From assembly GCF_006345805.1 (NCBI RefSeq), contig NC_042997.1, forward strand, positions 152,520,001-152,584,000: a DNA stretch of 64,000 nt, given 5' to 3'. The position numbers and the translations under genes are program-made. Under the pieces are notes generated by a model. That model saw only the letters and a list, made by a program, of their open reading frames with translations. It made no database searches and was not told where the DNA came from. Within the stretch, counting starts at the first letter, position 1. Every line of letters begins with the position of its first letter. This DNA is from Octopus sinensis. Its lineage: Eukaryota. Shown here piece by piece: positions 1 to 11,167 of the stretch.

Positions 1-1622
1 CGAGAAAATAAAGTACCAGTCAAGTTACTGTTTGTTAAAGCTATCAGCAATATCTCTCCTTAAAATTGTTTGTTATTGAGTTTAAATCAGGAACTACATT
101 TAACATGTTCTTGTTGAGAAGAAAAGGAAACTCATTGAAACCGTAGAATGATTGGGTAACTTGCAAATACAATCATATCTGGAAAACTAGAAAGTAAAAC
201 TAGAAGCTGCCAACCGAAAAGAAACTCATTCCGATTCCTAATCGAAACCACAACACCTTATTTGCAGTATAAATATAATCCCGGAAAATGGTAAAATTCT
301 CATGTTGCATTTCGACTCCTTTTATCTTAGCGGTTTTGTTCCAATAAAAAGTAAAGGCAATGTATTTGGATGTATAAGATATATTTCTCTAATATTCCAT
401 GTGCTTTATTATCAATCAATTTTCATCATAAGGCAGCTGTTGTTATTGCTGAAAGTTTGAGTGCCTACGGTTAAATACCGACAAGATAAAAAATGCCCAC
501 TGCTTAATTGTTGACATTATAAACGCCAGCAGGTGCTTTAGCAGAAAAATTTTCCAAAACCTAACTACATAATTTTCTAAAATCGTTTTTAAACTAAAGC
601 AGTTTATTAAACTGAAAGTTGACATGACTAAAAAAGAAAACTGAAATAATTGAAATAGTTAAAAATACATTATGCAATATACTAAAAGAATAATGGTGCC
701 AGTAATAACTTCAAGAATTACAGCATTTCATTCAAACAAAACGATAAATTGTGAGACGTTGACCTGAAGGAAAATAGGAAGCGAGTCAGAGTGTAAGTTG
801 CGAAAACTTTTTTAATATTGTCATTAACCATTACTTATAAATATATTTGGCCACAAGATGACGGCAATATGACTGTCGGTATTATTCTGAGTAGCACAAC
901 TTTAGTGTAATTTCTTTGTTTATTTAAAAAAATTATTAATTTGGTTAGTATTTGGCACGCGCACAAAATGCCAGAAGTCAAAATGCATATAAAACAAAAC
1001 AAGCTAGATTAAGTTGCACACAAACGTTCACACAGGTACGCATACACATACCTAAATATATACATACATATACAAAAATACGCGCACACACACATATGCA
1101 AATATTTGTATGGGTGAAAGCAATCTTTTCAAGAATTCTTTTTGTGTACAAAGTGTTTATTAAATTACAATGCATCATTTAAACGCTGACATATGCTGTT
1201 TGCTAAAGACTTTTTTCATGCTGCTTCTACAAGCTATTTCGAGATATTTCTTTCACACATTCCCATAGAGTGTTTCATTTGCAGAAATAATTAATAATCA
1301 TTTGTCTTATTTAACAAGAAAATATATAATTAGCTACAACATAAATTATTTAATTAACTCCTCGTTTTTATTGCGTTTCTTTTAATTTTATGATGAACTT
1401 GGGACAAAATCTCTCTCCAAGAATTCTTTTGGTACATTAAAAGTCTATTAATATTAATAAAAGTTAATTCACGTTAAGTTATGTGTTAGCATTCTTTAAA
1501 ATCCCAACATCATACATATATGCCTTCATTCTTTCACCCAGTGTTGCATCCAAAACAAACTTTCATAGATTTTATATCACATTTATTCACAACACATCAC
1601 TTTCCCAATATGTATATAATAT

Positions 1623-2238
1623 AAGGTGGCGAGCTAGCAGAATCGTTAGCACGCTGGGCGAAATGCGTAGCCGTATTTCGTCAGCCGTTACGTTCTGAGT
1701 TCAAATTTCGCCGAGGTCGACTTTGCCGTTCATCCTTTCGGGGGTCGATTAAATAAGTACCAGTTACGCACTGGGGTCGATATAATCGACTTAATCCGTT
1801 TGTCTGTCTTTGTTTGTCCTCTCTGTGTTTAGCCCCTTGTGGGTAGTAAAGAAATAGGTATTTCGTCTGCCGCTACGTTCTAAGTTCAAATTCCGCCGAG
1901 GTCGACTTCGCCTTTCACCCTTTCGGGGTCGATTAAATAAGTACCAGTTACGCACTGGTTTCGATATAATCAACTCAATCTGTTTGTTTGTCCTTGTTTG
2001 TCCCCTCTGTGTGTAGCCCCTTGTGGGTAAGAAAGAAATAAGAAACGTAAGCACGCTGGGCGAAATGCTTAGCGGTGTTTCGTCTGTCTTTATGTTCTGA
2101 CTTCAAATTCCGCAGAGGTCGACTTTGCCTTTCATCCTTACGTGGTCGATAAATTAAGTACCAGTTGCGTATTGAGGTCGATGTAATCGACTGTCCCTCT
2201 CCCTACAAAATTTCGGACCTTGAGCCTAGAGTAGAAAA
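1623..2238 (+). mobile_element. Three head-to-tail Nin/Deu-domain SINE copies (about 1623-1856, 1857-2042, 2043-2238)
   Basis: Repeated GAGGTCGACTTTGCCTTTCATCCTTTCGGGGTCGATTAAATAAGTACCAG core (Nin/Deu-like). The first two copies end in ...TAGCCCCTTGTGGGTA(G/A)..AAGAAATA and the third has a different tail. The same family recurs throughout the window. Confidence 0.85.
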
Positions 2239-2454
2239 TAATATGTATATAATATAACAGAATATATTATAATACTAGCATTAAAGACCCGGCGTTGCCG
2301 GGTCATAGTGCTAGTGCATGTATATATGTGTATATATATGTGTACATATTACATGTACATCTATATATATATATACATCTACAGATAAAATACAAAATAC
2401 AAAGTTATATCTTGATATCGCTAGTGATAACAATACTCAAAATATATAACAGAC

Positions 2455-2769
2455 TGGAATTGTTAGCCCGTCTCTTGTAATTTCGATCAATTGTATCTTG
2501 TCCTCCCTCTTGTATAGAAGTGCGGCTACAATCCAGCCTACCTCTACTTCTGGGGGAGGGGGTGGCATTTAAATTTTTTTTCCGGGACGTCCTACGTCCC
2601 AGATATAAAGGTAGAATTAAAATATTTCCACTTTGCAAGTCCGAGTCGAGTACTCCCTTGCACGCTCCGTTGACTCGAACCTTGCTTCTATTGTGGCGAA
2701 TTTACCGCCTCTGATTAGATAACTTTCATAGTCGCACCAAGACACTTTTCGAAGGTGCTTTCCTCCATG
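2455..2769 (-). pseudogene. Diverged internal fragment of a fourth ORF1 homolog
   Basis: Frameshifted minus-strand translation YLIRGGKFATIEARFESTERAREYSTRT / LQSGNILILPLYLGRRTSR / PPEVEVGWIVAALLYKREDKIQL aligns with the ORF1 of units A-C (e.g. FLTRGSKYGTVVVHFKSE..LLPMYMNRRITR..PPNVEAEWIVAAVI..EEKVDIL). Confidence 0.75.
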
Positions 2770-4426
2770 TTATTTCTTTATTACCCACCAGGGGCTACGA
2801 AGAATGGCGGACATAACAAAAACATGGGGACATAGAACAATATGATTAAATTTATGAGCAAATGAAAATGAAAAAGATAATATGAAAGCGATGCTAACGG
2901 CCCCCTCCGCCAGCATCACTTACCTGTCCTTTTGTTTTCACTGTCACCTGAATGTTCATTCCCAATACGAAGACCATCCATATCCATTCTTACTCCGAAA
3001 CTGTCCTCCATATATTCCACGAATTCATCGCTCATTCTTGTATCTTTCACCTCCCAATTCTCCTTTCACACCTCAACACAAACTCATCTATATTCTTCTT
3101 TTCCAGCACTGCATATCTGGTCCCATCCATTTCATACCATTCATACTCCTCCATTACCCTTTCAACCTCTTTCTGTTCAGTCACAATATAAATGTTCGGC
3201 CTGGGTTCGTTTCAAACTCTTGTCTGTCTGTATTGTTATTTTTCTTTTGTTTTCTTGTTGGAGGGGAGCGGGTGGGTTCACTGTCTGCAGGGGAAGGGTG
3301 GGATTCAGAGGGTGCGGGTGGTGTTGGGGTGGGTTGGGGCTTCGCACAGTTTTTCTTTTTCTTTCTTTTTCTCTTTTTTCTTCCTTCTTCCCACTCTTGT
3401 TGCATCTCCTCTTCTTCTGTCGTTTCTTTTTCCCTTTGGTTCTCTTTGGTTTCTTCCTCTTTTGGGGCTTCCGCGACGATTTCCTTTTCTTTTTCCTTTA
3501 GTGGTGGAGGGCAGTAGGCTCTTATGTGACCCCTCAGGCCACACTTGTAGCACCTGGGCGCCCTACCCTCCACCCACACTCTCATAATAATATTTCCAGT
3601 TTTTATACTGTCCGTAAGCTTTTCTATAACTTCCGCCTCCGTCTGTATGTTCATTACTAGTGTGGCACCTCTCACGCCTTCATATTTCATATGGCGTGGA
3701 GGATGTCCACTTTATCTTCATTTCCTTTGATAACCGCAGCCGTTATTAATTCGCCCTCTAGGTGTGGAGGTATTCCTTCCACCCTAATTCTGGTGGTCCT
3801 TCTATTCAAATACGAGGGGAACAAGTAAAACTTTTCTGTACTCACCACCTTGGCTGCTATATTCCTGGCTGCTTTCTCACTTTTAAATTGTACCGTTATG
3901 GTTCCATATTCTAATCCTTTTGTCATGTACACAATTTCTTCTCCTGTCCGTTTGAAAGCCTCTTCAATTGCTTCCATGTTAATCACTTCCATTTTTCTAC
4001 CTCCATTCATAAATACTTTATATTTAATGGTTCTACGATGGAACCAGTCTCCGCGCCCTGCTAGAGGCAACAGCTCAACCTCTCCGTTCTCCTCCTCCTT
4101 CATGAACTCCTGGAAGTCCGTCAACTTAGCCAGGTCTATCTCTTTTTCTGTTGACTTCTTCGTTATACCTGCGTAGGTGCTTTCCATTTTTTTCACCGCC
4201 AACTCCTCCTCAGATGTCGACGAATTTTCAGAGAAATTTCTCCCTTCCATCTCATCCGTTTGGTAGAGGCGGCTCATAGTCGCCTCAGACCGAAAAACGG
4301 CCTCCCGAACAGAAAACGTGCGACGCACAGAACCAGTGCGACGCGAAACCGCACCAACCGACGTTCCAATTCCGCAACCACAATTCACTTTTGTTGTTTT
4401 TCTTTTTTAACCGAATTTTACAGAGC
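2770..4426 (-). mobile_element. ORF1-only non-LTR retroelement, unit A
   Basis: About 1.66 kb unit with a conserved 5' leader (GCTCTGTAAAATTCGGT..), ORF1, a 3' hairpin and the tail ...TAGCCCCTGGTGGGTAATAAAGAAATAA. No RT or endonuclease sequence. Confidence 0.8.
3181..4280 (-). CDS. Tx1/L1-type ORF1-like nucleic-acid-binding protein with CCHC zinc knuckle (one frameshift near 3690)
   Basis: ORFs 3687..4388 and 3181..3690 join by a 1-nt indel relative to unit C. Contains a YAG motif, a putative RRM-like region, RCYKCGLRGHIRAYC (CX2CX4HX4C), an acidic/basic linker and a Pro-rich stretch. Start codon uncertain. Confidence 0.75.
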
Positions 4427-6103
4427 TATTTCTTTATTACCCACTAGGGGCCACGAAGAGGGACATTACAAAACATGAGGGACATAAAACAATGCGGTTA
4501 AATTATGATTAAATGAATGTTAAAAATGAAAAAATGATAACATGAAAGCAATGCTAACGGCCCCCTCCGCCAGCATCACTTACCTTTCCGTTTCCTATCA
4601 CGATTCCAAAGTCTTTCACCTCACCTTTCATTTCTCTCTCAAACCTCTCTATCATATCATTTCTCATATATTCTGACAAACAATTATACGTAGTTCATTG
4701 CACTTGCTCATCAAAGAGCCCATGAGTTCGAAATCGAATACCGCATAACTTCCGTCCTCATACTCCTGCCATACATTGTCTTCAAAAGCCTTCTTGCATT
4801 CTCTGTATCTCCCTTCCTCACAACACACAAAAAGTAGGACTGGGGCTTTTGTATGTTTTGTATGTCTGATTTCGTTTTTCTTGTAGGCGGGGAGTGGGTG
4901 GGTGGGATTGCTGTTTGCGGGGGCAGGATGGGTCTCCAAAGGTGTGGGTGGTGTTTGGGTGGGTTGGGGCTTCACACAGTTTTTCCTTTTCTTTCCTTTT
5001 CTCTTCTTTCTGACCTCTTCATACTCTTTTTGCGTCTCTTCCTCATCTGTCGTTTCCCTTTCCATCTGCTTCTCTTTGATTTCTTCTTCTTTTGGGGCTT
5101 CCTCTTTTGGAGTTTCCTCAACAATTTCCTTTTCTCCCGGTGGGGGAGGGCAGAAGGCTCTTATGTGGCCCCTCAGGCCACACTTGTAACAACGTGGAGC
5201 TCTGCCCTCCACCCACACTCTCATAATCACGTCTCCAATTTAATGCTCTCCGCCAGGTCCGCCAGCACCTCACTCTCCGCCTGCACGTTCAGCTCCACTG
5301 TTACTCCTCTCCAGCCCTCGGTCCTGACCGAGGCATGGAGAATATCAACTTTCTCCTCGTGGCCGCTGATCACAGCCGCCACAATCCATTCAGCCTCCAC
5401 GTTTGGTGGCACTCCCTCCACCCTTACTCGTGTAATCCTTCTATTCATGTACATAGGTAGGAGTGTTACCTTTTCTGACCTCACCGCCCTCACCGCCATC
5501 TTCCTCGCTGCAGTCTCACTCTTAAAATGTACCACTACGGTACCGTACTTCGATCCTCGAGTCAAAAAATGATTTCCTCCTCCGATTTTCTCAGGGCCTC
5601 CTCTATCCATTCCATTTTTACGATCTCTATTTTCTTTCTTTCGTTCAGGAAACCCTGTAAAGTATAGTCCTCTTATTGTACCATTCCTTTCTCTTTGGCG
5701 GTGGTTCCAGTTCTACCTCGCCGCTGTCCTTCCTCATATACCTCTGGAAACCTGGCAATTTTTCTAGGTTTATTTCATTTTCCTGTTTCGTCTTCTTTTT
5801 TGCAACTCCTGCGTACGTTTTCCTGTTTTCAGTCTCCACATTTTTTACCTCACCGATTTGCTCGTTTTCAGAGTTCGATGTCTCCGACAAGCTCTCAAAT
5901 ATCCATTCTTCCTCCGACTCCTCCACAAGGGAGTGGTCATCCATCTCTCCCGCCTGACAGGCCAAACGGCCGTCAAAACAGAAAAAGTGTAACGCGCAGA
6001 ACCAGTGGAACGCGAAACCGCTTTAACGCCGTTCAAAATTTCCACAACAACAACAATTCTTTTTGATCTTTTTTTACCGAATTTTCAGAGCGCAAAAAAA
6101 CGC
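4427..6103 (-). mobile_element. ORF1-only non-LTR retroelement, unit B (diverged paralog)
   Basis: Same leader, 3' hairpin and tail as unit A. ORF1 is in pieces (5645..5965, 5227..5610, 4664..5230) with RCYKCGLRGHIRAFC. Confidence 0.8.
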
Positions 6104-7750
6104 TTATTTTTTTATTACCCACTAGGGGCTACATAGAGGGGACATTACAAACATGGGGCATAGAACATCACAATTACATATATATGAGCAAAATGGATAT
6201 GAAAAATGGTATATGAGAGTGATACCGACGGCCCCATCCGCCAGCATCACTTATCTATCCTTCTTCACCCATTTCCAATTAGTATTCCTTTTTTTCTATC
6301 ACACACTCGTTTTCTTTTAGCCATCTCTATCCATTCATCTTTCATTTCCACTGACTTCCAACACACACCCTTTCCTCAAACCTTCTCGCCAATATACCCG
6401 TATCATCACTATCCACAGCCGTGTAGCTACAATCTTCGTGTTCGTACCACTTGGTTAACACCCATTTTTTAACGTTTTGTATGTCTTTCCCATGTATAAC
6501 ACATAAAAAATGGGTCTGGGACTTTCTTTGCTCTGTGTGTCTGTTTTTGATTTTCTTGTAGGCGGGGAGTGGGTGGAATCACTGTATGCAGGGAAGGATG
6601 GGACTCCAAGGGTATGGGTGGTGTCGGGGTGGGTTGGGGCTTCGCACAGTTTTTCTTTTTCTTTCTTTTTCTCTTTGTTCCCCCTTCTTTCCACTCTTGT
6701 TGCATCTCCTCTTCTTCTGTCGTTTTCTCTCTGTTTGTTTCTGTGTTTATTTTCTCCTCTCCTGAGGCTTCCTCAACGCTTTCCTTTTCTTTTTCCTTTG
6801 GTGGGGGAGGGCAGTAGGCTCTTATGTGACCCCTTTGGCCACACTTGTAGCACCTGGGCGCCCTACCCTCCACCCACACTCTCATAATAATATTTCCAGT
6901 TTTTATGCTGTCCGTAATCCTCTCTATAACATCCGCCTCCGTTTGAATGTTCATAACTAGTGTGGCACCTCTCACGCCTTCATACTTCATAATGGCGTGG
7001 AGGATGTCCACTTTATCTTCATTTCCTTTTATAACCGCAGCCGTTATTAATTCGCCCTCTAGGTGTGGAGGTATTCCTTCCACCCTAATTCTGGTTGTCC
7101 GCCTATTCAGATACGAGGTAACAAGTAAATCTTTTCTGTACTCACCACCTTGGCTGCTACATTCCTGGCTGCTTTTTCACTTTTAAATTGCACCGTTACG
7201 GTTCCGTATTGTAATCCTTTTGTCATGTACACAATTTCCTCTCCTGTCTGCTTGAGAGCCTCTTCAATTGCTTCCATGTTAATTACTTCCATCTTTCTAC
7301 CTCCATTCATAAATACTTTATATTTAATGGTTCTACGATGGAACCAGTCTCCGCGCCCTACTGGAGGCAGCAGCTCAACTTCACCGTTCTCGTCCTCCTT
7401 CACAAACTCCTGGAGGCCCGCCAACTTAGCCAGGTCTATCTCTCTTTCCGTTGACTTCTTCGTTACACCTGCGTAGGTGCCTTCCATCTTTTTCACCGCC
7501 ACTCCTCCTCAGATGTCGATACTTCCGTCGAAATTTCAGAGAAATTTCTCCCTTCCATCTCCTCCGTTTGATGGAGGCGGCTCATAATCGCCTCAGACCG
7601 AAAAACGGCCTCCCGAACCGAAAAAGTGCAACGCGCAGAACCAGTGGAACGCGAAACCGCCCCAACGCCGTTCAAAACCTCCACAACACAACAACTCTTT
7701 CTTTACCGAATTTTACGAGCGTAAAAAACACGGAGCCGAAAAACGCGACC
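6104..7750 (-). mobile_element. ORF1-only non-LTR retroelement, unit C (close to unit A)
   Basis: Same organisation. ORF1 is in pieces (7493..7684, 7107..7502, 6469..7083) with RCYKCGQRGHIRAYC. It has the longest 5' leader. Confidence 0.8.
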
Positions 7751-8261
7751 TTTTTTCTCTACATTGTATACTTTATAGACAATAGTCTTTTCTTTATTTA
7801 ATTTTTTATTATCCATCTGGACTATTCCATTTCTGCAGGCTAATTTTATTTTAAATTTATTCCCATTCATGTGAAACCACTTATTCAAGTTCAAGTCAAT
7901 GATGCAATTTTATACCAATTGCTATTTTTACTTTTTTTACTACATATAATTCAATTGTTATTATTATTTTTATTGTTAAAGTGAAAGTATCTGACATAAA
8001 ATAGAGAAACGTTTTTGTTTCACTTTTAACACGTAATACTGAAATAGTGGAGAAGACATGATATTGCTATGGGCTCGCTCTAGGCAAGAAGTTGAACATT
8101 TTTTTGCCCATGAAACTACATGGACCCTAAATAAGGCATGTGTAAAATTTGAATGAAATTGGTTGTGTTGTTCTTAAGTTTTAGGGAAACACACAGACAG
8201 ACAGACAGACACACATTCTCAGTTTTATATATATAAAGATAATACAATATGATATAATATA

Positions 8262-8479
8262 ATGGTTTCAAATTTTGCCACAAGGATAGCAATTTTTGAG
8301 GAGGGGGATGAGTCGATTACATCGACTCCAGTGTTCAACTGATACTTATTTTATCGGTACCGAAAAGATGATAGGCAAAGTTGACCCCGGCAGAATTAGA
8401 ACTCAGAACGTAGCAACGGGCGATATACTGCTAAGCATTTCGTTCAGCGCGCTAACAATTCTACCAGCTCGTCGCCTTA
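8262..8479 (-). mobile_element. Nin/Deu-domain SINE
   Basis: Reverse-complement match to the family at 1623-2238. Confidence 0.8.
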
Positions 8480-8548
8480 TATAATATAATACAATTTGAT
8501 ATAATTTAAAATTATATAACATGTGTGTATATGTACGTATATGTGCTG

Positions 8549-8580
<32 letters not shown>

Positions 8581-8894
8581 ATATATATATATGTGTGGTG
8601 TGTGTGTGTGTGTATATATATATGAGTATATGTACGCTAATATTGAACAGTGAGAATGGGTGCTCTACAGAGCATTGGTGGATAAATTTTCTTTCTTTGT
8701 GGGTTAGTAGCCAATGTTTTCATGTGAAAAGATCTTCACAATTGTTCAAGCATACCACATGAAAGTGTAACTACTCGTCTTCACATGAAACCATTAGTTG
8801 CTTTGTTAACCCACAAATAATGAATGAGCATGTGCATGAATATATTTACGCACACGCAAACATACACACACATATAAGCACACACATATACAGA

Positions 8895-9240
8895 GGCTAA
8901 GGATCTGGACAAAGGTGTACGAAATGTATGAAGTCGAGTAGGCCTTCATTATGAGAGATAGCAATGTATAGGAATTTGATGTCGAGGGTGAACATTAGTG
9001 TCGGGAAGATCCTGGAGGAAAAGAGGAAGAATTAAAGAGACCAAGAGCGTGATTGGTGTCATGAATGTAAGAGGAGAGGAAAACCACTAGGAGTGCGAGG
9101 ACAAGGTCGAGATATTGGGAAATTTATTCAGAGACAAAGCGGTGGCCTGGTTGTTGGGCTTACGAATCTTACTAATGAGGAGTGAAATCGGAGGGTAGAG
9201 GATGGTAGAAAAGTTTGTTTTGAAGTTGGAACTTAGTTGC
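8895..9240 (-). pseudogene. Penelope-like element reverse transcriptase fragment
   Basis: Minus-strand translation gives KIRKPNN (cf. PKIHKPNNPGRP) and LMFTLDIKFLYIAISHNEGL (cf. DVxSLYTNIPHxEG), degraded. Confidence 0.65.
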
Positions 9241-9299
9241 CAACCTTATATATATCCTTCTTTTTACTTCTCTCTCTCTCTCAAATATATATATATATT

Positions 9300-9479
9300 A
9301 TATATGATTTACCGCTAGCTACTAAAACTTTTTTATTCCCTCTCTCTCTCTCTTTATTTTCTCTTGTTCATTTTTGTTGAAGAGTGTAGGCTCGAAATGT
9401 AAAAGACTTTCTCACCTTCCCGAGCGTTAAACTTTGTTGTTTACACATCTGCCTTCGTCTTTTGTTTTTTGTAAATTCC

Positions 9480-9485
<6 letters not shown>
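9300..9485 (+). repeat. Dispersed repeat, probable Penelope-like pseudo-LTR remnant
   Basis: GTTGAAGAG(C/T)GTAGGCTCGAAA(C/T)GT motif with shared flanks; copies also on the minus strand at about 25285-25560 and 50410-50720. Confidence 0.55.
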
Positions 9486-9572
<87 letters not shown>

Positions 9573-9705
9573 TGGGCTGTTTTTTCCTTATTTTTCTTTC
9601 TTTCTCATTGGACTTCCCTGTTTTCGACGAAGAGCTGCTCGAAACGTTAACAACAACTCTCTTCTTTCCCCAAAATTAATAAATTAATAAATCGGATGTG
9701 TACTT

Positions 9706-9768
<63 letters not shown>

Positions 9769-10956
9769 TGCATGTATGTACACATACTTACACAAACATT
9801 TATACCTTCAGCATCACGTGCGTACGGACATAACTCACACATATACACACATGCATGTATGCGTGTGTAAACTGCGGGGTTTGAATTAATCATTCGATTT
9901 CTAATGGAGGTGCAAGCAACATATATTACAGTTACATTTACATGCGACAAGTGTTTGTGTATGCGCATGTATGTCGAGGGTTTATGTGTATGAAAGTGTG
10001 TGTGTCAGTGTGTGTAAAAATTTAAATGTGTAGCCTCCGGTTCGACGATGAGTATTGTAGATACTTGACTTAATCTCTCTAACATCAATCTGTTATAAGC
10101 ATTCGGGTAGGTCACCGATTGAGAATATCAGCCTTTCTCCCACTCATTAGCTTTTGAAGGCCTCCCGCCTAAAATTTCATGGTCACTGCCTTCCCATCTA
10201 GCTGTAATTAAATGAGCTACTTGCTCTTGCATTAGCATGTAACCGACTGAGTATTCCACAGATACATACACACTTAATTCACAGACAAAAATCAACGTCA
10301 CCCTGTTTGTGTCAAGTCTAGGCCTTTGGTCCATTGATGCACTCTTTCGAACAGGCTTACGTCCTCGCATTTTCCGCCTACATAGTTTTATTTATATGAC
10401 TTGAGTCGACTATTCGTTCCAAGCAATAGTCTAACACACTTGCTCAACATGCCATAGGTGGGATGAAACCCAGGATTTAATGATTGCGAAGTGAGCTGCT
10501 CCCCCAATCGTTCATATCATCGCCTTTGCGTGTAAATAAATGCAATCATACACATAACTAATAAATTTCTATTTCTATTCTATTTGAATAAGTATTTTCC
10601 AATCCCAATCCCAGAATAAACGAATAAATGATAGAATAATCTTGTCTATTAATTCTAACTAAAAATAGCAAAAGTTCCAATATTTTATTTCTTTACAAAC
10701 ACATCATATGACCTTTTTTCCCCTAAACGTTTTATGAGAAACAAAGTAATTTGACTCTTGACAAAAGCTATTGAGCGAAAAGCTTCACAAGTCTACTTTA
10801 GCTTGAACTTCTTATGAACCTCTGCCGCATCTCATACTAACATCATAAGAGTACAAGTTCTTATACCACACCATGTACAGAATTATACAGCAGCTAGTTA
10901 CGCAGCGTTAAAGCAGTGCAAGATTTTGTACCATCATGCACAGCACCACATCACGC

Positions 10957-11167
10957 CGTTCAAGAATTTGGACCTGGAGATCTCCATTTCCAGCGACTTC
11001 GAGGGCCACCTCCCAGTGGTGTCGGGCGTCAACGAAGAGCCCTCGACTACAACAAGACGACCGAAGTTTTTTTCTTTCTAAGGTCTGGGGTCATCCGCCC
11101 CTAAGCCCTAGACCATCAACTAATCACCCTTACCCGTCTTGTTGCTTAACAACAACAACAACAGCAG
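10957..11167 (+). mobile_element. 5'-truncated LINE 3' end with (AAC)n tail and 16-bp TSD
   Basis: CAGCACCACATCACGC at 10941-10956 and 11168-11183 flanks a GC-richer insert ending in AACAACAACAAC. The ORF end is EVFFFLRSGVIRP*. Confidence 0.7.

Larger units (their letters stand above)
2275..8239 (-). mobile_element. Non-autonomous Helitron boundaries enclosing an ORF1 retroelement array
   Basis: Minus strand 5' end A|TCTTTATATATATAAAAC...(GTCT)n at 8239. 3' end has hairpin GACCCGGC-AAC-GCCGGGTC followed by CTAG|T at 2275. Insertion is between A and T with no TSD, and the flanks rejoin in phase as a degenerate (ATATA)n tract. Confidence 0.75.

Noticed and set aside
2882-3587. Plus-strand ORFs of 130-240 aa over the array (also 4853..5572)
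   Set aside because: Antisense shadows of the purine-rich minus-strand ORF1.
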